This document shows positions 27,036-36,187 of a DNA stretch of 64,000 nucleotides, in pieces. The notes beneath the pieces were generated by a model. That model worked only from the letters and a program-made list of their open reading frames with translations, was not told the origin of the DNA and searched no databases. The position numbers were made by a program, and so were the translations under genes. Source of the stretch: Candidatus Bruticola sp. (GTDB taxonomy: Bacteria; Vulcanimicrobiota; Xenobia; Xenobiales; Xenobiaceae); contig JBJEGC010000012.1 in assembly GCA_051874695.1 (NCBI GenBank), positions 328 through 64,327 on the forward strand. Direction: 5' to 3'. The first letter of the stretch is position 1; every line of letters starts with the position of its first letter.

Positions 27036-28799
27036 TTGAATATGGAAAATATTAGAGGAGAAGAGTCTGCCAAGAGTATTACAGAGTTAGATCTAGGTTC
27101 ATCTATATCTTACTGCTGTCTTGGAGCCGATCTTAGCTCGAGTGATGACCTTGGACTTGGCAATATAGATTTGTCTGCAAACTATGGAGCGTACGAGTGC
27201 GAAAATTTAGATTTAGTAGAGTCTCCATCGTCATCGAGTTTTGATACTCCCCCTGAAGTTATTGTTCCGGAGTTAGCTCAAAAGAGAAGGATTGAAGCTG
27301 CCCGTCAGGTTGAACGTGAGTTAAAGCTGGAAGAAGCTAAAAAACAACTGGAAAAAGACGGACTGATCAAAGCAAAGTCTTCATCAAAGTCTGTTGCTAA
27401 GCCCGCTAAAGCTAAGAAAAAATCGGGCAGTTCTGCTGATACGGTTACCGTTGATGATCCCGTACGTCAGTACCTGAAAGAAATTGGCGATGTGGCTTTG
27501 CTTACTTCTGAGCGGGAGTGTAGGCTGGCTGAGAGCATAGAAAAGGGTAATGAGGCGGCTGAAGAACTTCTTTTGGAGCCTGGTTTCCGGGAGCTGGTTT
27601 TGGATATTCTCAGTCAAGTGGCTGACGCGCGTGATGTTCCCGGCTTCTCTTTAACTCTGGATGAGACAGACCCAGATTTAAAGGCCGATCTTGGCAAAGA
27701 TGATTATACAAGCGATGATGCTGTTACTTCTCACTGTACGCTTAGTGATTTGGTCAAAAGATTGAGAACTTGTGATTCCAAAGTTTGGAAGATTAAGTTC
27801 CGTGAACTGATTGAGCGTCAGAAAGAGTTGGTGGGAGGATGCTTTGAGCAGGCTAAGCGTGAGTATCATTCCGATTTGCAGAAGCAAACATACAACATGG
27901 TTGCCGGAGCTGCTGAGCGTTTAAAGCGCTTTGAAGAGTTAGATCGGTTAGTCAGAAATGGCAGCGAAGCCAAAAACGACCTGACTCAGGCTAATCTTCG
28001 CTTGGTTGTTAGTATTGCCAAAAAATATATCAGCCGCGGTATGCTGTTTTTGGATTTGATTCAAGAAGGCAACTTAGGACTGATTCGTGCAGTTGAAAAA
28101 TTTAACTATCATAAAGGGTACAAGTTCAGCACTTACGCTACTTGGTGGATTCGTCAGGCTATTACGCGTGCTTTGGCGGATCAGGCGCGCACGATCAGAA
28201 TCCCCGTTCATATGGTGGAAACAATTAACCGTTTAACTAGGGTTACCAGGCTGCTACTTCAGGAAAACGGACGCGACCCAACGGTAGAAGAGATTGCTAT
28301 GCGCATGTATCCTATCGATGAAGATGCTCTGTGCAAAGAGTTAAGTGAACTCTATAAAACAGAGATTACTCCCGATGACAAGCGTTACAAGGAAAAGGCT
28401 GCTGAAAGAAAGCAAAGTGCCGAAGCTAAGGTTCGCGACATTCAAAAAATAGCTCAAGAGCCGATTTCTCTGGAAACGCCCATTGGTGAAGAAGAAGATT
28501 CCCACTTAGGTGACTTCCTGGAAGATGAAGGAGCTGTCGCTCCAGCTGATGCTGCTTCCAGAGTTTGGCTAAGGGAACGCATTAAGTCTGTGCTTCACGA
28601 TCTTTCTACTCGAGAGAGAGAAGTTTTAGAGCTGCGCTTTGGTTTGCGTGACGGTCATACTCGTACTTTGGAAGAAGTGGGAGCCATATTCAAAGTAACT
28701 CGCGAGCGTATAAGACAAATCGAAGCCAAGGCTTTGCGCAAGCTGCGTCAGCCTGGACCGCGCAAATATCTGGAAGATTATTGGGATACTAACGGCTAA
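27036..28799 (+). CDS. rpoD: RNA polymerase primary sigma-70 factor
   Basis: Region 1.2: [11 protein letters not shown]. Region 2: [12 protein letters not shown]...[16 protein letters not shown]...[14 protein letters not shown]. Region 3: [13 protein letters not shown]. Region 4: [28 protein letters not shown]. Acidic region 1.1 present. Confidence 0.9.
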   Translation: MNMENIRGEESAKSITELDLGSSISYCCLGADLSSSDDLGLGNIDLSANYGAYECENLDLVESPSSSSFDTPPEVIVPELAQKRRIEAARQVERELKLEEAKKQLEKDGLIKAKSSSKSVAKPAKAKKKSGSSADTVTVDDPVRQYLKEIGDVALLTSERECRLAESIEKGNEAAEELLLEPGFRELVLDILSQVADARDVPGFSLTLDETDPDLKADLGKDDYTSDDAVTSHCTLSDLVKRLRTCDSKVWKIKFRELIERQKELVGGCFEQAKREYHSDLQKQTYNMVAGAAERLKRFEELDRLVRNGSEAKNDLTQANLRLVVSIAKKYISRGMLFLDLIQEGNLGLIRAVEKFNYHKGYKFSTYATWWIRQAITRALADQARTIRIPVHMVETINRLTRVTRLLLQENGRDPTVEEIAMRMYPIDEDALCKELSELYKTEITPDDKRYKEKAAERKQSAEAKVRDIQKIAQEPISLETPIGEEEDSHLGDFLEDEGAVAPADAASRVWLRERIKSVLHDLSTREREVLELRFGLRDGHTRTLEEVGAIFKVTRERIRQIEAKALRKLRQPGPRKYLEDYWDTNG

Positions 28800-28848
28800 A
28801 TTTTAACAAAACGCCGTATTTTGTGCTTATTAAAGGTGTATAACAGCA

Positions 28849-29781
28849 GTGTGCATTTATAAGTTTCGATCGGTAAGACGGTCGCGCTTGGGTATTTTAT
28901 TTAGAATTGCGTTTTTGGGTATTTGCTGGTGTTGGCTGAGTTTGAGTGGAACTTCAGCTGCCCAGAGCCAATCAGAAGGGAAAGCCGTCGAAGCTCATCG
29001 AGCAGCGTCTGCTGTAACTAAGTCCGCTCCTTCTGCCTCTGCGGTTAAGAAAGAGAATCGTCAGGTTTCTGAAGCCTCCTCAGTTAAGCTCAGTCCCAAG
29101 GCCTGTGGCATACGGGCTTATGCTCGCTTGCAGGTGTTAATTGAGTACTACTTTATGGAAAGTGGTCTCTATCCAGTCAGTTTGCAATCTTTAGAACGTA
29201 GTTTTAACACTGGGCTGCCTACTGATGCTCCTAAAGTTATCTTGGGTACCGATCCTCTTTCAGGCAAACCTTTTGTTTATCAGGTAAGCGAAGATCGCCA
29301 CCATTACACTTTGTCTGTACCTGAGCCTGAAAAGTACGGATCGGACTTGCCTACTTTGGAAACTATAGATTGGGGCTGGCTGATGCTGGCTGCCGAAGGC
29401 AAGCGCATTGAGCGTCTTTTATCTGATTGCACCAGAAACATAAATGAGTTGGCTACGGCCTGTGAAATTTACGCTAAAGATCACAATAAAGCTTTTCCTG
29501 CCAAATTGGAATCTTTGCGTCCTCAGTACATGTTCCGCGAACTGCGCTGCCCTGCGTCTTCCAAACCTTATATTTATACTTTCAGACGTGGCGGGTACAC
29601 TATCGAATGTCCGGAACCGCGCCGACATGGTCTGGGGTCCATAAAGTACGATTCTGATAGAGGACTCTTCGTAGGTGGCGTTGAGAGCGTCGGTGCTGAT
29701 AATGCCGAGAAAAAAGCTAATTCAACTGTTATCAATTCTGAAAATAGTGGGGCTCCGGCAGCCAAAACCGAAAAAAAATAA
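28849..29781 (+). CDS. secreted protein with two GspG-like periplasmic repeats
   Basis: Signal peptide FRIAFLGICWCWLSLSGTSAA. Two internal repeats (YPVSLQSLERS...GKPFVYQV...HYTLSVPEPEKYG and FPAKLESLRP...SKPYIYTF...YTIECPEPRRHG) resemble the C-terminal motif of T2SS pseudopilin GspG. Confidence 0.5.
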   Translation: MCIYKFRSVRRSRLGILFRIAFLGICWCWLSLSGTSAAQSQSEGKAVEAHRAASAVTKSAPSASAVKKENRQVSEASSVKLSPKACGIRAYARLQVLIEYYFMESGLYPVSLQSLERSFNTGLPTDAPKVILGTDPLSGKPFVYQVSEDRHHYTLSVPEPEKYGSDLPTLETIDWGWLMLAAEGKRIERLLSDCTRNINELATACEIYAKDHNKAFPAKLESLRPQYMFRELRCPASSKPYIYTFRRGGYTIECPEPRRHGLGSIKYDSDRGLFVGGVESVGADNAEKKANSTVINSENSGAPAAKTEKK

Positions 29782-29904
29782 GTCAGCCGTTTTCTAACTT
29801 AAATTTTTCGTTCATCTTATAGCAAAAGCGTCTTGGGACTCAAACTTAAGCCGTTCTCGAGGCGCTCTTTTTTTTTGTATACATATAGTCTTGAAAGGTA
29901 TAGT

Positions 29905-31833
29905 ATGGAATTAATTCCCTTTGCTCAGTGGCCACTTAACAGTACGTTGCAGGAAAGTTTGCAGCAGGCCGGTTTTATCACACCTACAGAAGTACAGCAG
30001 GCCTGCTGGGATGACATTTTGGCTGGAGCCGATCTACTGGTGCAGTCTTGTACAGGCACTGGTAAAACTTTGGCTTTTGCTCTTCCTTTACTTAACGATC
30101 CTAAAAATACGCGCCCTTCTTCTATACTGGTTGTGCTGCCTACACGCGAATTGGCCATGCAGGTTGCTAGAGTTATTACCTCATTGGGCAGTAAAGCTGC
30201 CCTACTTTATGGCGGCGGCAGCTATCACGAACAAATGTGTTCTTTGAAACAAGGGGCGCCTGTTATTGTGGGTACTCCAGGCCGTTTAATAGATCATTTA
30301 GAACGAGGTTCTCTGAACTTATCAGACTGCCGCACCTTAGTTCTCGATGAAGCCGATGAAATTTTAGATATGGGCTTTGCAGAAGAACTGGACAAAATTT
30401 TGGCTGCTTTACCTTCTCAGCGCCAAACTTTGCTTTTTTCCGCTACCATGCCTAACGAAATGGAAGAGTTGGCTCAAAAAACGTTGCGTGAAGGATGTCG
30501 CCGCATTTCAGTTAGTATCGGTCTGACAGCTGCTCATGATATAAGTCATGAGGTATATTTAGTAGCTAAAGAGCACAGGCCTAAGGCTTTAAGCAACATT
30601 TTGCACGCTGAGTCTCCTCAATTGGCCATCATTTTTTGTCACACTAAGGCCGAGACTGATGAGTTGACGCAAACTTTAATTAAATCTGGTTTAAATGTGC
30701 TTTCTTTGCACGGTGATATGGCTCAAGCTGAACGCACGCGGACCTTAAGCAGTTTCCGTAGTGGTGTTGCCAAGTATTTAATTGCAACCGATGTGGCCGC
30801 CCGCGGACTAGATGTAGAGGGAGTGACTCATGTTATAAATATGGCCCCTCCTCAAAATACGGAAACATACATCCATCGCGTTGGACGCACAGGCAGAGCT
30901 GGCAAGAGGGGCACGGCTATTACTTTTGCAGCCAGACATGAATTTAATCGCTTTAAGCGCTTGACAGGTAAGGCCAATATTTGCTTAGAGATAGGCAAAT
31001 TGCCTCAAGCCGAAGAGGTACGTCGTCGTATTAGAGCTGATTTTCATAAAGAAATTGCGGAAAAGCTGAGCTCAGAAGTGAACGAAGATTACCGTTTTCT
31101 GGCAGCTGAACTACTTTGTTATCTGAGCCCGGCTGATAGTTTAGCTGCGGTTTTGAGTATGTTGCCCAGGGCTGGAGCTATTTTCAGAGCCGGATGCAAT
31201 GTCGCCGTACAGGAACTCGACAGGGGAAATAGGCGCAATCGGGCGGAAAAAAACAGTCTCGTGGAAAGAGTTTCCAAAAAAGCCGGTGCTGCCGCTGCTG
31301 AGGGTATGAGTTTTATTCAAATAAATTTGGGGCGCAGCGATGGTATAAATGTACAGGCTGTTTTGCGTATGCTGGGAGAAGCTGCATCCCTATCTAAAGC
31401 CGAGGTAGGAGACATTGAGCTGCGATCCCACACTTCATTTATAGAGTTGCCTAGTGCCGAGGCCGCATCTGTTTTAGAAGCACTCAACCATTTCGACTTT
31501 GGAGTTGTGCGTGTGCGGGCCCGCCTAATTACTCCAGAAAAATTAAAGGCTCTGCTGCCTCCTCCTGAATTCAAAGTAGGAAAACGTAAAAAATCTGCCG
31601 GCGGTGAGGTGCGCAGCTCCGAGCGCAGCCGCCATGGTGAAGGTCGTCGATTAGAAAAGAAGGGCGGTAAAGATAGAAGAAGCAGACGAAACGGAAGTGA
31701 TAAATTCGCTGAGCGTCGCAGCAGCACGGCAGATAAGGAACGCTGCAAACGTGAGTCTCACTTTTCGGCAGTGCGTAAAAAAGAAAGTTCCAATAGGGGA
31801 GGCATGGGCAAGCGCAGAAGTAGAAGGAATTAG
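29905..31833 (+). CDS. DEAD-box ATP-dependent RNA helicase with DbpA-type RNA-binding domain and Arg/Ser-rich tail
   Basis: Q-motif TPTEVQ, Walker A CTGTGKT, DEAD box VLDEADEILDMGF, SAT, and HRVGRTGRAGKRG. C-terminal RRSRRN-rich tail. The start is placed at MELIPF, after an AAAGG RBS. Confidence 0.85.
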   Translation: MELIPFAQWPLNSTLQESLQQAGFITPTEVQQACWDDILAGADLLVQSCTGTGKTLAFALPLLNDPKNTRPSSILVVLPTRELAMQVARVITSLGSKAALLYGGGSYHEQMCSLKQGAPVIVGTPGRLIDHLERGSLNLSDCRTLVLDEADEILDMGFAEELDKILAALPSQRQTLLFSATMPNEMEELAQKTLREGCRRISVSIGLTAAHDISHEVYLVAKEHRPKALSNILHAESPQLAIIFCHTKAETDELTQTLIKSGLNVLSLHGDMAQAERTRTLSSFRSGVAKYLIATDVAARGLDVEGVTHVINMAPPQNTETYIHRVGRTGRAGKRGTAITFAARHEFNRFKRLTGKANICLEIGKLPQAEEVRRRIRADFHKEIAEKLSSEVNEDYRFLAAELLCYLSPADSLAAVLSMLPRAGAIFRAGCNVAVQELDRGNRRNRAEKNSLVERVSKKAGAAAAEGMSFIQINLGRSDGINVQAVLRMLGEAASLSKAEVGDIELRSHTSFIELPSAEAASVLEALNHFDFGVVRVRARLITPEKLKALLPPPEFKVGKRKKSAGGEVRSSERSRHGEGRRLEKKGGKDRRSRRNGSDKFAERRSSTADKERCKRESHFSAVRKKESSNRGGMGKRRSRRN

Positions 31834-31859
31834 TCAAGATCAGGGGAGATACCGATTCT

Positions 31860-33545
31860 ATGTTGTGTAAAGTTGTGCTGCCTCATGGTATTCAAGAAGT
31901 TTCCAATGATACTTTTGTCTGTGATGTCATTTGTCGTGATCTGGGAATTGACAGCACAGAACAGGCTCTGAAATTTGTACTATGCATGAAGCATCTTCGT
32001 GAATTCGGCTGTGTGGGAGCTCAGGTTGACGGGGAAATTGTCGATTTAAAGTCGCGCATAACTTCCAACTGTACTGTAACTCCTCTCACTCAAAACGATT
32101 ATTTTGGCCGCCACATTATTATGCGCAGCTCGGCGCATTTGCTGTTCTATGCGGCCAAATTGGTTAATCCTGAAGCCGTGCTGGAAATTGGCCAGTCGCT
32201 GCACAGTCAGTTGTTCTTCAGTGTCAAAAATGTCAGCGATATTGAGTCATTCGGCGAAGAAGTCAATAAAAAGTTCGCTTATCTCTGTGCAAAAAATACG
32301 CCTTTTAAAACTAATTCGGTCGCGCCTTCGGCAGCTCTGAGTATGATTGAAGATCCCGACGGCGATCGTCGCCATGTCGTGAATTGCTGGGTCGGTTCCA
32401 GTTTCGGCATTGTTAATATCGGCCATTATACCGATTTAGCTTACGGTCCCTTTGTGCCCGATGCCGGTTTCCTGCGTTCCATTAAGGTAGTTGGCATGGC
32501 AGAAGGTTTGCTTTTGACTCAGGAACCTGTGCAGCTTCCCTCACAAGAACTCAAAGATTTTATGCTCGGGGCCGCTAGGCAAGCCAAAGAGTGGAATAAG
32601 CGCATGAATATCGATACTGTTGGCAAGCTGAACAAGATGATTTTGAGTGGCGAGGGACAGAACTTAGTGCAGGTCAGTGAAACTTTGCATGAGCTACGTA
32701 TCGGCCAGATCGCCCGTGATGTGCTTTCCCGCTCTGGAGTGAAAGTTGTCTTTATTTCCGGACCTTCCAGTTCGGGTAAAACCAGTACTGTGCGCCGTCT
32801 ATCCACCCATTTGCAAGCTATGGGCAGGCGCACTGTCTATGTTGGCCTAGATGATTACTATCTGCCTTGTGAACAGTGCCCGCGTGATGAAAAAGGCGAC
32901 TACGATTTTGAGGCTATAGAAGCCCTTAACTTGCAGCGCATTCAAGACGATCTTCAGTCGTTGGTTGAAGGCAAGGCTACTAGAATTCCTCATTACGATT
33001 TTGTCAGCCAGCGTCCTGGCCCGGCTGAAAATGAGAATGTTGTCCGTTTAGCCGACGATCAAATTTTACTTATAGAGGGTATTCATGGTCTAAATCCGGC
33101 TATAACTGATGCAGTTGACAGAGAGAAACGCTATGCGCTCTTTGTCAGCGCTCTTCCGCAGTTGAACATGGATAAAGCTAACAGGGTACCGACTACTTAT
33201 GCCCGCCTGTTGCGCCGTATTATTAGAGATCGTCGCTACCGAGGCATTTCAGCTGTCAGCACGATTATGCGTTGGCCTAGTGTCCGCCGAGGGGAAAATA
33301 AATATATCTTCCCTTATCAAAGTCGTTCCGATGCTATGTTTAATTCAGCTTTAGCATATGAATTGGCTGTTTTCCGCCATTATGCTTGGCCTTATCTGCT
33401 GGAAGTACCCGATGACAGCCCGGCCTACACTATGGCCAGAGATATGCTGCGCTTTTTAACTATGGTTGTGCCCATGGATTCTGAGTGGGTGCCTAAAAAT
33501 TCTGTTTTGCGCGAGTTTTTGGGAGGCAGCATTTACCAATATTAG
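31860..33545 (+). CDS. fusion of ThrRS-N-like (TGS + second additional domain) and uridine kinase/phosphoribulokinase-family P-loop kinase
   Basis: The N-terminus (...HIIMRSSAHLLFYAAKLVNPEAVLEIGQSLHSQLFF) resembles the ThrRS/AlaRS editing-associated domain. C-terminal P-loop FISGPSSSGKTS with uridine-kinase-like downstream motifs. Confidence 0.65.
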   Translation: MLCKVVLPHGIQEVSNDTFVCDVICRDLGIDSTEQALKFVLCMKHLREFGCVGAQVDGEIVDLKSRITSNCTVTPLTQNDYFGRHIIMRSSAHLLFYAAKLVNPEAVLEIGQSLHSQLFFSVKNVSDIESFGEEVNKKFAYLCAKNTPFKTNSVAPSAALSMIEDPDGDRRHVVNCWVGSSFGIVNIGHYTDLAYGPFVPDAGFLRSIKVVGMAEGLLLTQEPVQLPSQELKDFMLGAARQAKEWNKRMNIDTVGKLNKMILSGEGQNLVQVSETLHELRIGQIARDVLSRSGVKVVFISGPSSSGKTSTVRRLSTHLQAMGRRTVYVGLDDYYLPCEQCPRDEKGDYDFEAIEALNLQRIQDDLQSLVEGKATRIPHYDFVSQRPGPAENENVVRLADDQILLIEGIHGLNPAITDAVDREKRYALFVSALPQLNMDKANRVPTTYARLLRRIIRDRRYRGISAVSTIMRWPSVRRGENKYIFPYQSRSDAMFNSALAYELAVFRHYAWPYLLEVPDDSPAYTMARDMLRFLTMVVPMDSEWVPKNSVLREFLGGSIYQY

Positions 33546-33777
33546 CTTTGGCATATATTAGCTGAACATAGGGGCCCGGCCGGTGTTATTCGGTAGCGTA
33601 TGGGCTCCTTTTTTCTCGATAATATCGAGTTTATGTAGGTAAAATTATATTTAAGTAATGTTAACATGCTCAGTTGGAGTTTATTTATGGGGCACATGCC
33701 GTTGATTTATGCTAAACTTAACAGGAAGCTGCTTTATAACAGCAGATAGAAAAAAATATATATGGGGGGAAAATAAA

Positions 33778-34764
33778 ATGGGTAGCGTTGCCTGTGCTTC
33801 ATCTGACAGTAATTGTGCTTACGTTCGTAGCCCTTTGACGACTCGTCCGACATGTTGTTCCAATTCTCAATTAGTTGATAGTAATTCCTTATTTGACGGT
33901 ACTACCGATTGTTATGCTGTTTCTGAGGGCAGAGTGGCTATCTTGACAGCAGAATTTTCTCAGGGCGGTGCTAGTCAATCTTCGGCCCATACGTGGCAGA
34001 TTAATAATTGCACCGATAATTGCGCCACTCTGTTTTTTGCATCTAATGTTTTAAATGATGCTGAGGCGGAGGCTCTCTCTAACGAGCAGCTGCAGGCCGA
34101 ATACGGACGCCATCAGAAAATATCCTATCAGTCGCAAACTGAGGAACAAAAATGCTTATGTCAATCGGCAGCTTTAACTCAAAGTCAAGGCGAAGCTGTA
34201 CGGATGAATGAGCTGGCCCTTAACCTTAAACAGAGTGCTGTTCAAATGAAACAATGCGCTCTAACTCAGGTAACCGTCGGAACTGCTTTATACGCTTCAG
34301 GAGTCGCCTTGGAAGCTGCTGGGAAAGCTCTTTCTGCTTGTCCTTTTTCCAAAGCGGCCGGTTTGGCTTTAATAACTAAAGGAAAGGCCATGAAGCAGCA
34401 AGGAGCAGAAATACAGCAGGCAGGAAAAAAACTTAACTTAGGGGCCAAAAATCTGCTGAATTCCGGTTTTAAGTTAGCTTCTTCTGCTTCTAGGCGGTTA
34501 AAAAAAATAGCCGATTCTTGGCAAAAATTAGGTAGTTTGTACCGTCAGGTTAAAGAAATAGGCAGTTCTGCTGAAAAAAGCATGAACTGTGTCGTCAAAG
34601 AAGGGCAGAAGCGCGGCTTAAATATGATCATTTTGCATCCAGAGCGTACTTTTATCTATAATTATGGATCTTGTGCTCCGGTTAAGAACCTGTCTCACTC
34701 CAGCACCCGGTTCGGTTTTTCTTCAGATGAGACAATATTGCCCTCAATAAGTAGCATAAAATAG
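33778..34764 (+). CDS. hypothetical Cys-rich protein with alpha-helical Ala/Lys/Gln-rich C-terminal half
   Basis: ATG preceded by a GGGGGG RBS. 10 Cys in the first 150 aa. No signal peptide or TM helix. No recognisable domain. Confidence 0.45.
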   Translation: MGSVACASSDSNCAYVRSPLTTRPTCCSNSQLVDSNSLFDGTTDCYAVSEGRVAILTAEFSQGGASQSSAHTWQINNCTDNCATLFFASNVLNDAEAEALSNEQLQAEYGRHQKISYQSQTEEQKCLCQSAALTQSQGEAVRMNELALNLKQSAVQMKQCALTQVTVGTALYASGVALEAAGKALSACPFSKAAGLALITKGKAMKQQGAEIQQAGKKLNLGAKNLLNSGFKLASSASRRLKKIADSWQKLGSLYRQVKEIGSSAEKSMNCVVKEGQKRGLNMIILHPERTFIYNYGSCAPVKNLSHSSTRFGFSSDETILPSISSIK

Positions 34765-34920
34765 TAAATAATCATATTTACATGTTATAAAAGCGCAGAT
34801 AGACGCAGTAACAGCCTGTTTTATCTGTGCTTTATCTTTGTTCTCTAGGTAAATTTTATGTCTTATTATCTATAAAAAATACAGGAAGGGCTGCAAAGCG
34901 CTAGAACTTTTCACATTACA

Positions 34921-36135
34921 ATGGCTAAGTTTCCTCTTCTAGACGACAATTTCCCTCGTATAATTCCCTCTTTCAGACAGTTGGTGAAGATAATGTCTGA
35001 ATGTGTTGACGGTGGAGTGAGTTTAGGCTGCACCGCTTTTGAATTCCGCCAGTGTGATATTGCTCTTGGGACGGCTTTGGGCAATTTTATGGAAGTTTTG
35101 CGGTTGAAGGAACTTCCTCCTGAGAGAAATGAAGCAATTAATGAGATAGTGCTTCTTTTTACTCGCATGAGTTCGGAAATGGCTAAATTAGAGACTGCAT
35201 TGAGCATGGATGCTACGGCGGCCGCTGTTAATTGTGTAGCTAACATATACGAACACTTAAAAGACTTAGAAGAATTAAATATGGACCTGAAGGCTGCTGT
35301 AGGTGATAGCCATATTTATTCTGAAGTACCGGTTGTTGACAGTTTGTTGCGTGCGGGCAACTTTGTGCTGGAAACTAACGGCGCAGAGTGGGATGCTTTG
35401 AGTGCCCGTCTGGAAGCACTTATACCTCAGTGGAATGAAATAGTTTCCGGCAGCGGTCTGCCGGAGGAATTGATTCGCCACGACCATGCTTTGGAACGCC
35501 TGGTTGAAGTGCTTAACGAAAGAAATTTGGAGGCGCTTCCTGATGTTTTGGAAGAGGTCAAGTCTAGTGGTGAAGATTTGGTCAATTTTCAGGACAGCCA
35601 GATAGACGTCGAAAATACTTCCGTAGTGCTCTGCCCTTATTGCGGCAAGCCCATGTTGGGAGGAAGTAAAAAGTGCTTCTCTTGTGGAGCTAGGATGCCC
35701 GAAGAGTTTGAACGGGGCGGTTCTTCCGACAAAGAAACAGATAAGGGCGAGGCCATCAGTGGAATGCCTGAGTATGTACAACGCATTTTCGATGTTGCCC
35801 AAGAACTTCCCAACAATCCTAAAATGATACGTCCTTTCAAGAGAGCTGTGGGTGAGCTGCGCCGTCGTGTTGCCGATGCCAGTTCGCGCATCAATAAAAT
35901 GTCTTCTTCTAAGTTAAAAACTACTCCGGAAGAACGTGAAAATATTGACGGTATTATCGACCTCTCCAATACTTGTATAGACAATTTCTCCAAGGCAGTA
36001 GAACTGTTAGAGGAATTTGAACCTCCTGTTGATCGATTCCATATGCAGTGCGCCTTAGAGGTTATGGTTGAAGCTGTAAAGGAGATGCGCGGCATAGGTG
36101 GCTTGGCCCAAAAATATCGCAATTCGAAGAAATAA
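34921..36135 (+). CDS. hypothetical protein, paralog A of tandem pair with central zinc ribbon
   Basis: Aligns along its full length with the next gene: FPLLDDNFPRIIPSFRQLV / LPKLDDSFPKLIPHLRSFV, NLEALPDVLEEV / NLEELPAALESF, CPYCG...CFSCG / CPKCG...CPKCG. No signal peptide or TM helix. Confidence 0.6.
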   Translation: MAKFPLLDDNFPRIIPSFRQLVKIMSECVDGGVSLGCTAFEFRQCDIALGTALGNFMEVLRLKELPPERNEAINEIVLLFTRMSSEMAKLETALSMDATAAAVNCVANIYEHLKDLEELNMDLKAAVGDSHIYSEVPVVDSLLRAGNFVLETNGAEWDALSARLEALIPQWNEIVSGSGLPEELIRHDHALERLVEVLNERNLEALPDVLEEVKSSGEDLVNFQDSQIDVENTSVVLCPYCGKPMLGGSKKCFSCGARMPEEFERGGSSDKETDKGEAISGMPEYVQRIFDVAQELPNNPKMIRPFKRAVGELRRRVADASSRINKMSSSKLKTTPEERENIDGIIDLSNTCIDNFSKAVELLEEFEPPVDRFHMQCALEVMVEAVKEMRGIGGLAQKYRNSKK

Positions 36136-36187
36136 TCAATTTTTCCAATATTAAGTTCGTACGACAAGACAATCCTTTGGAGGTCCC

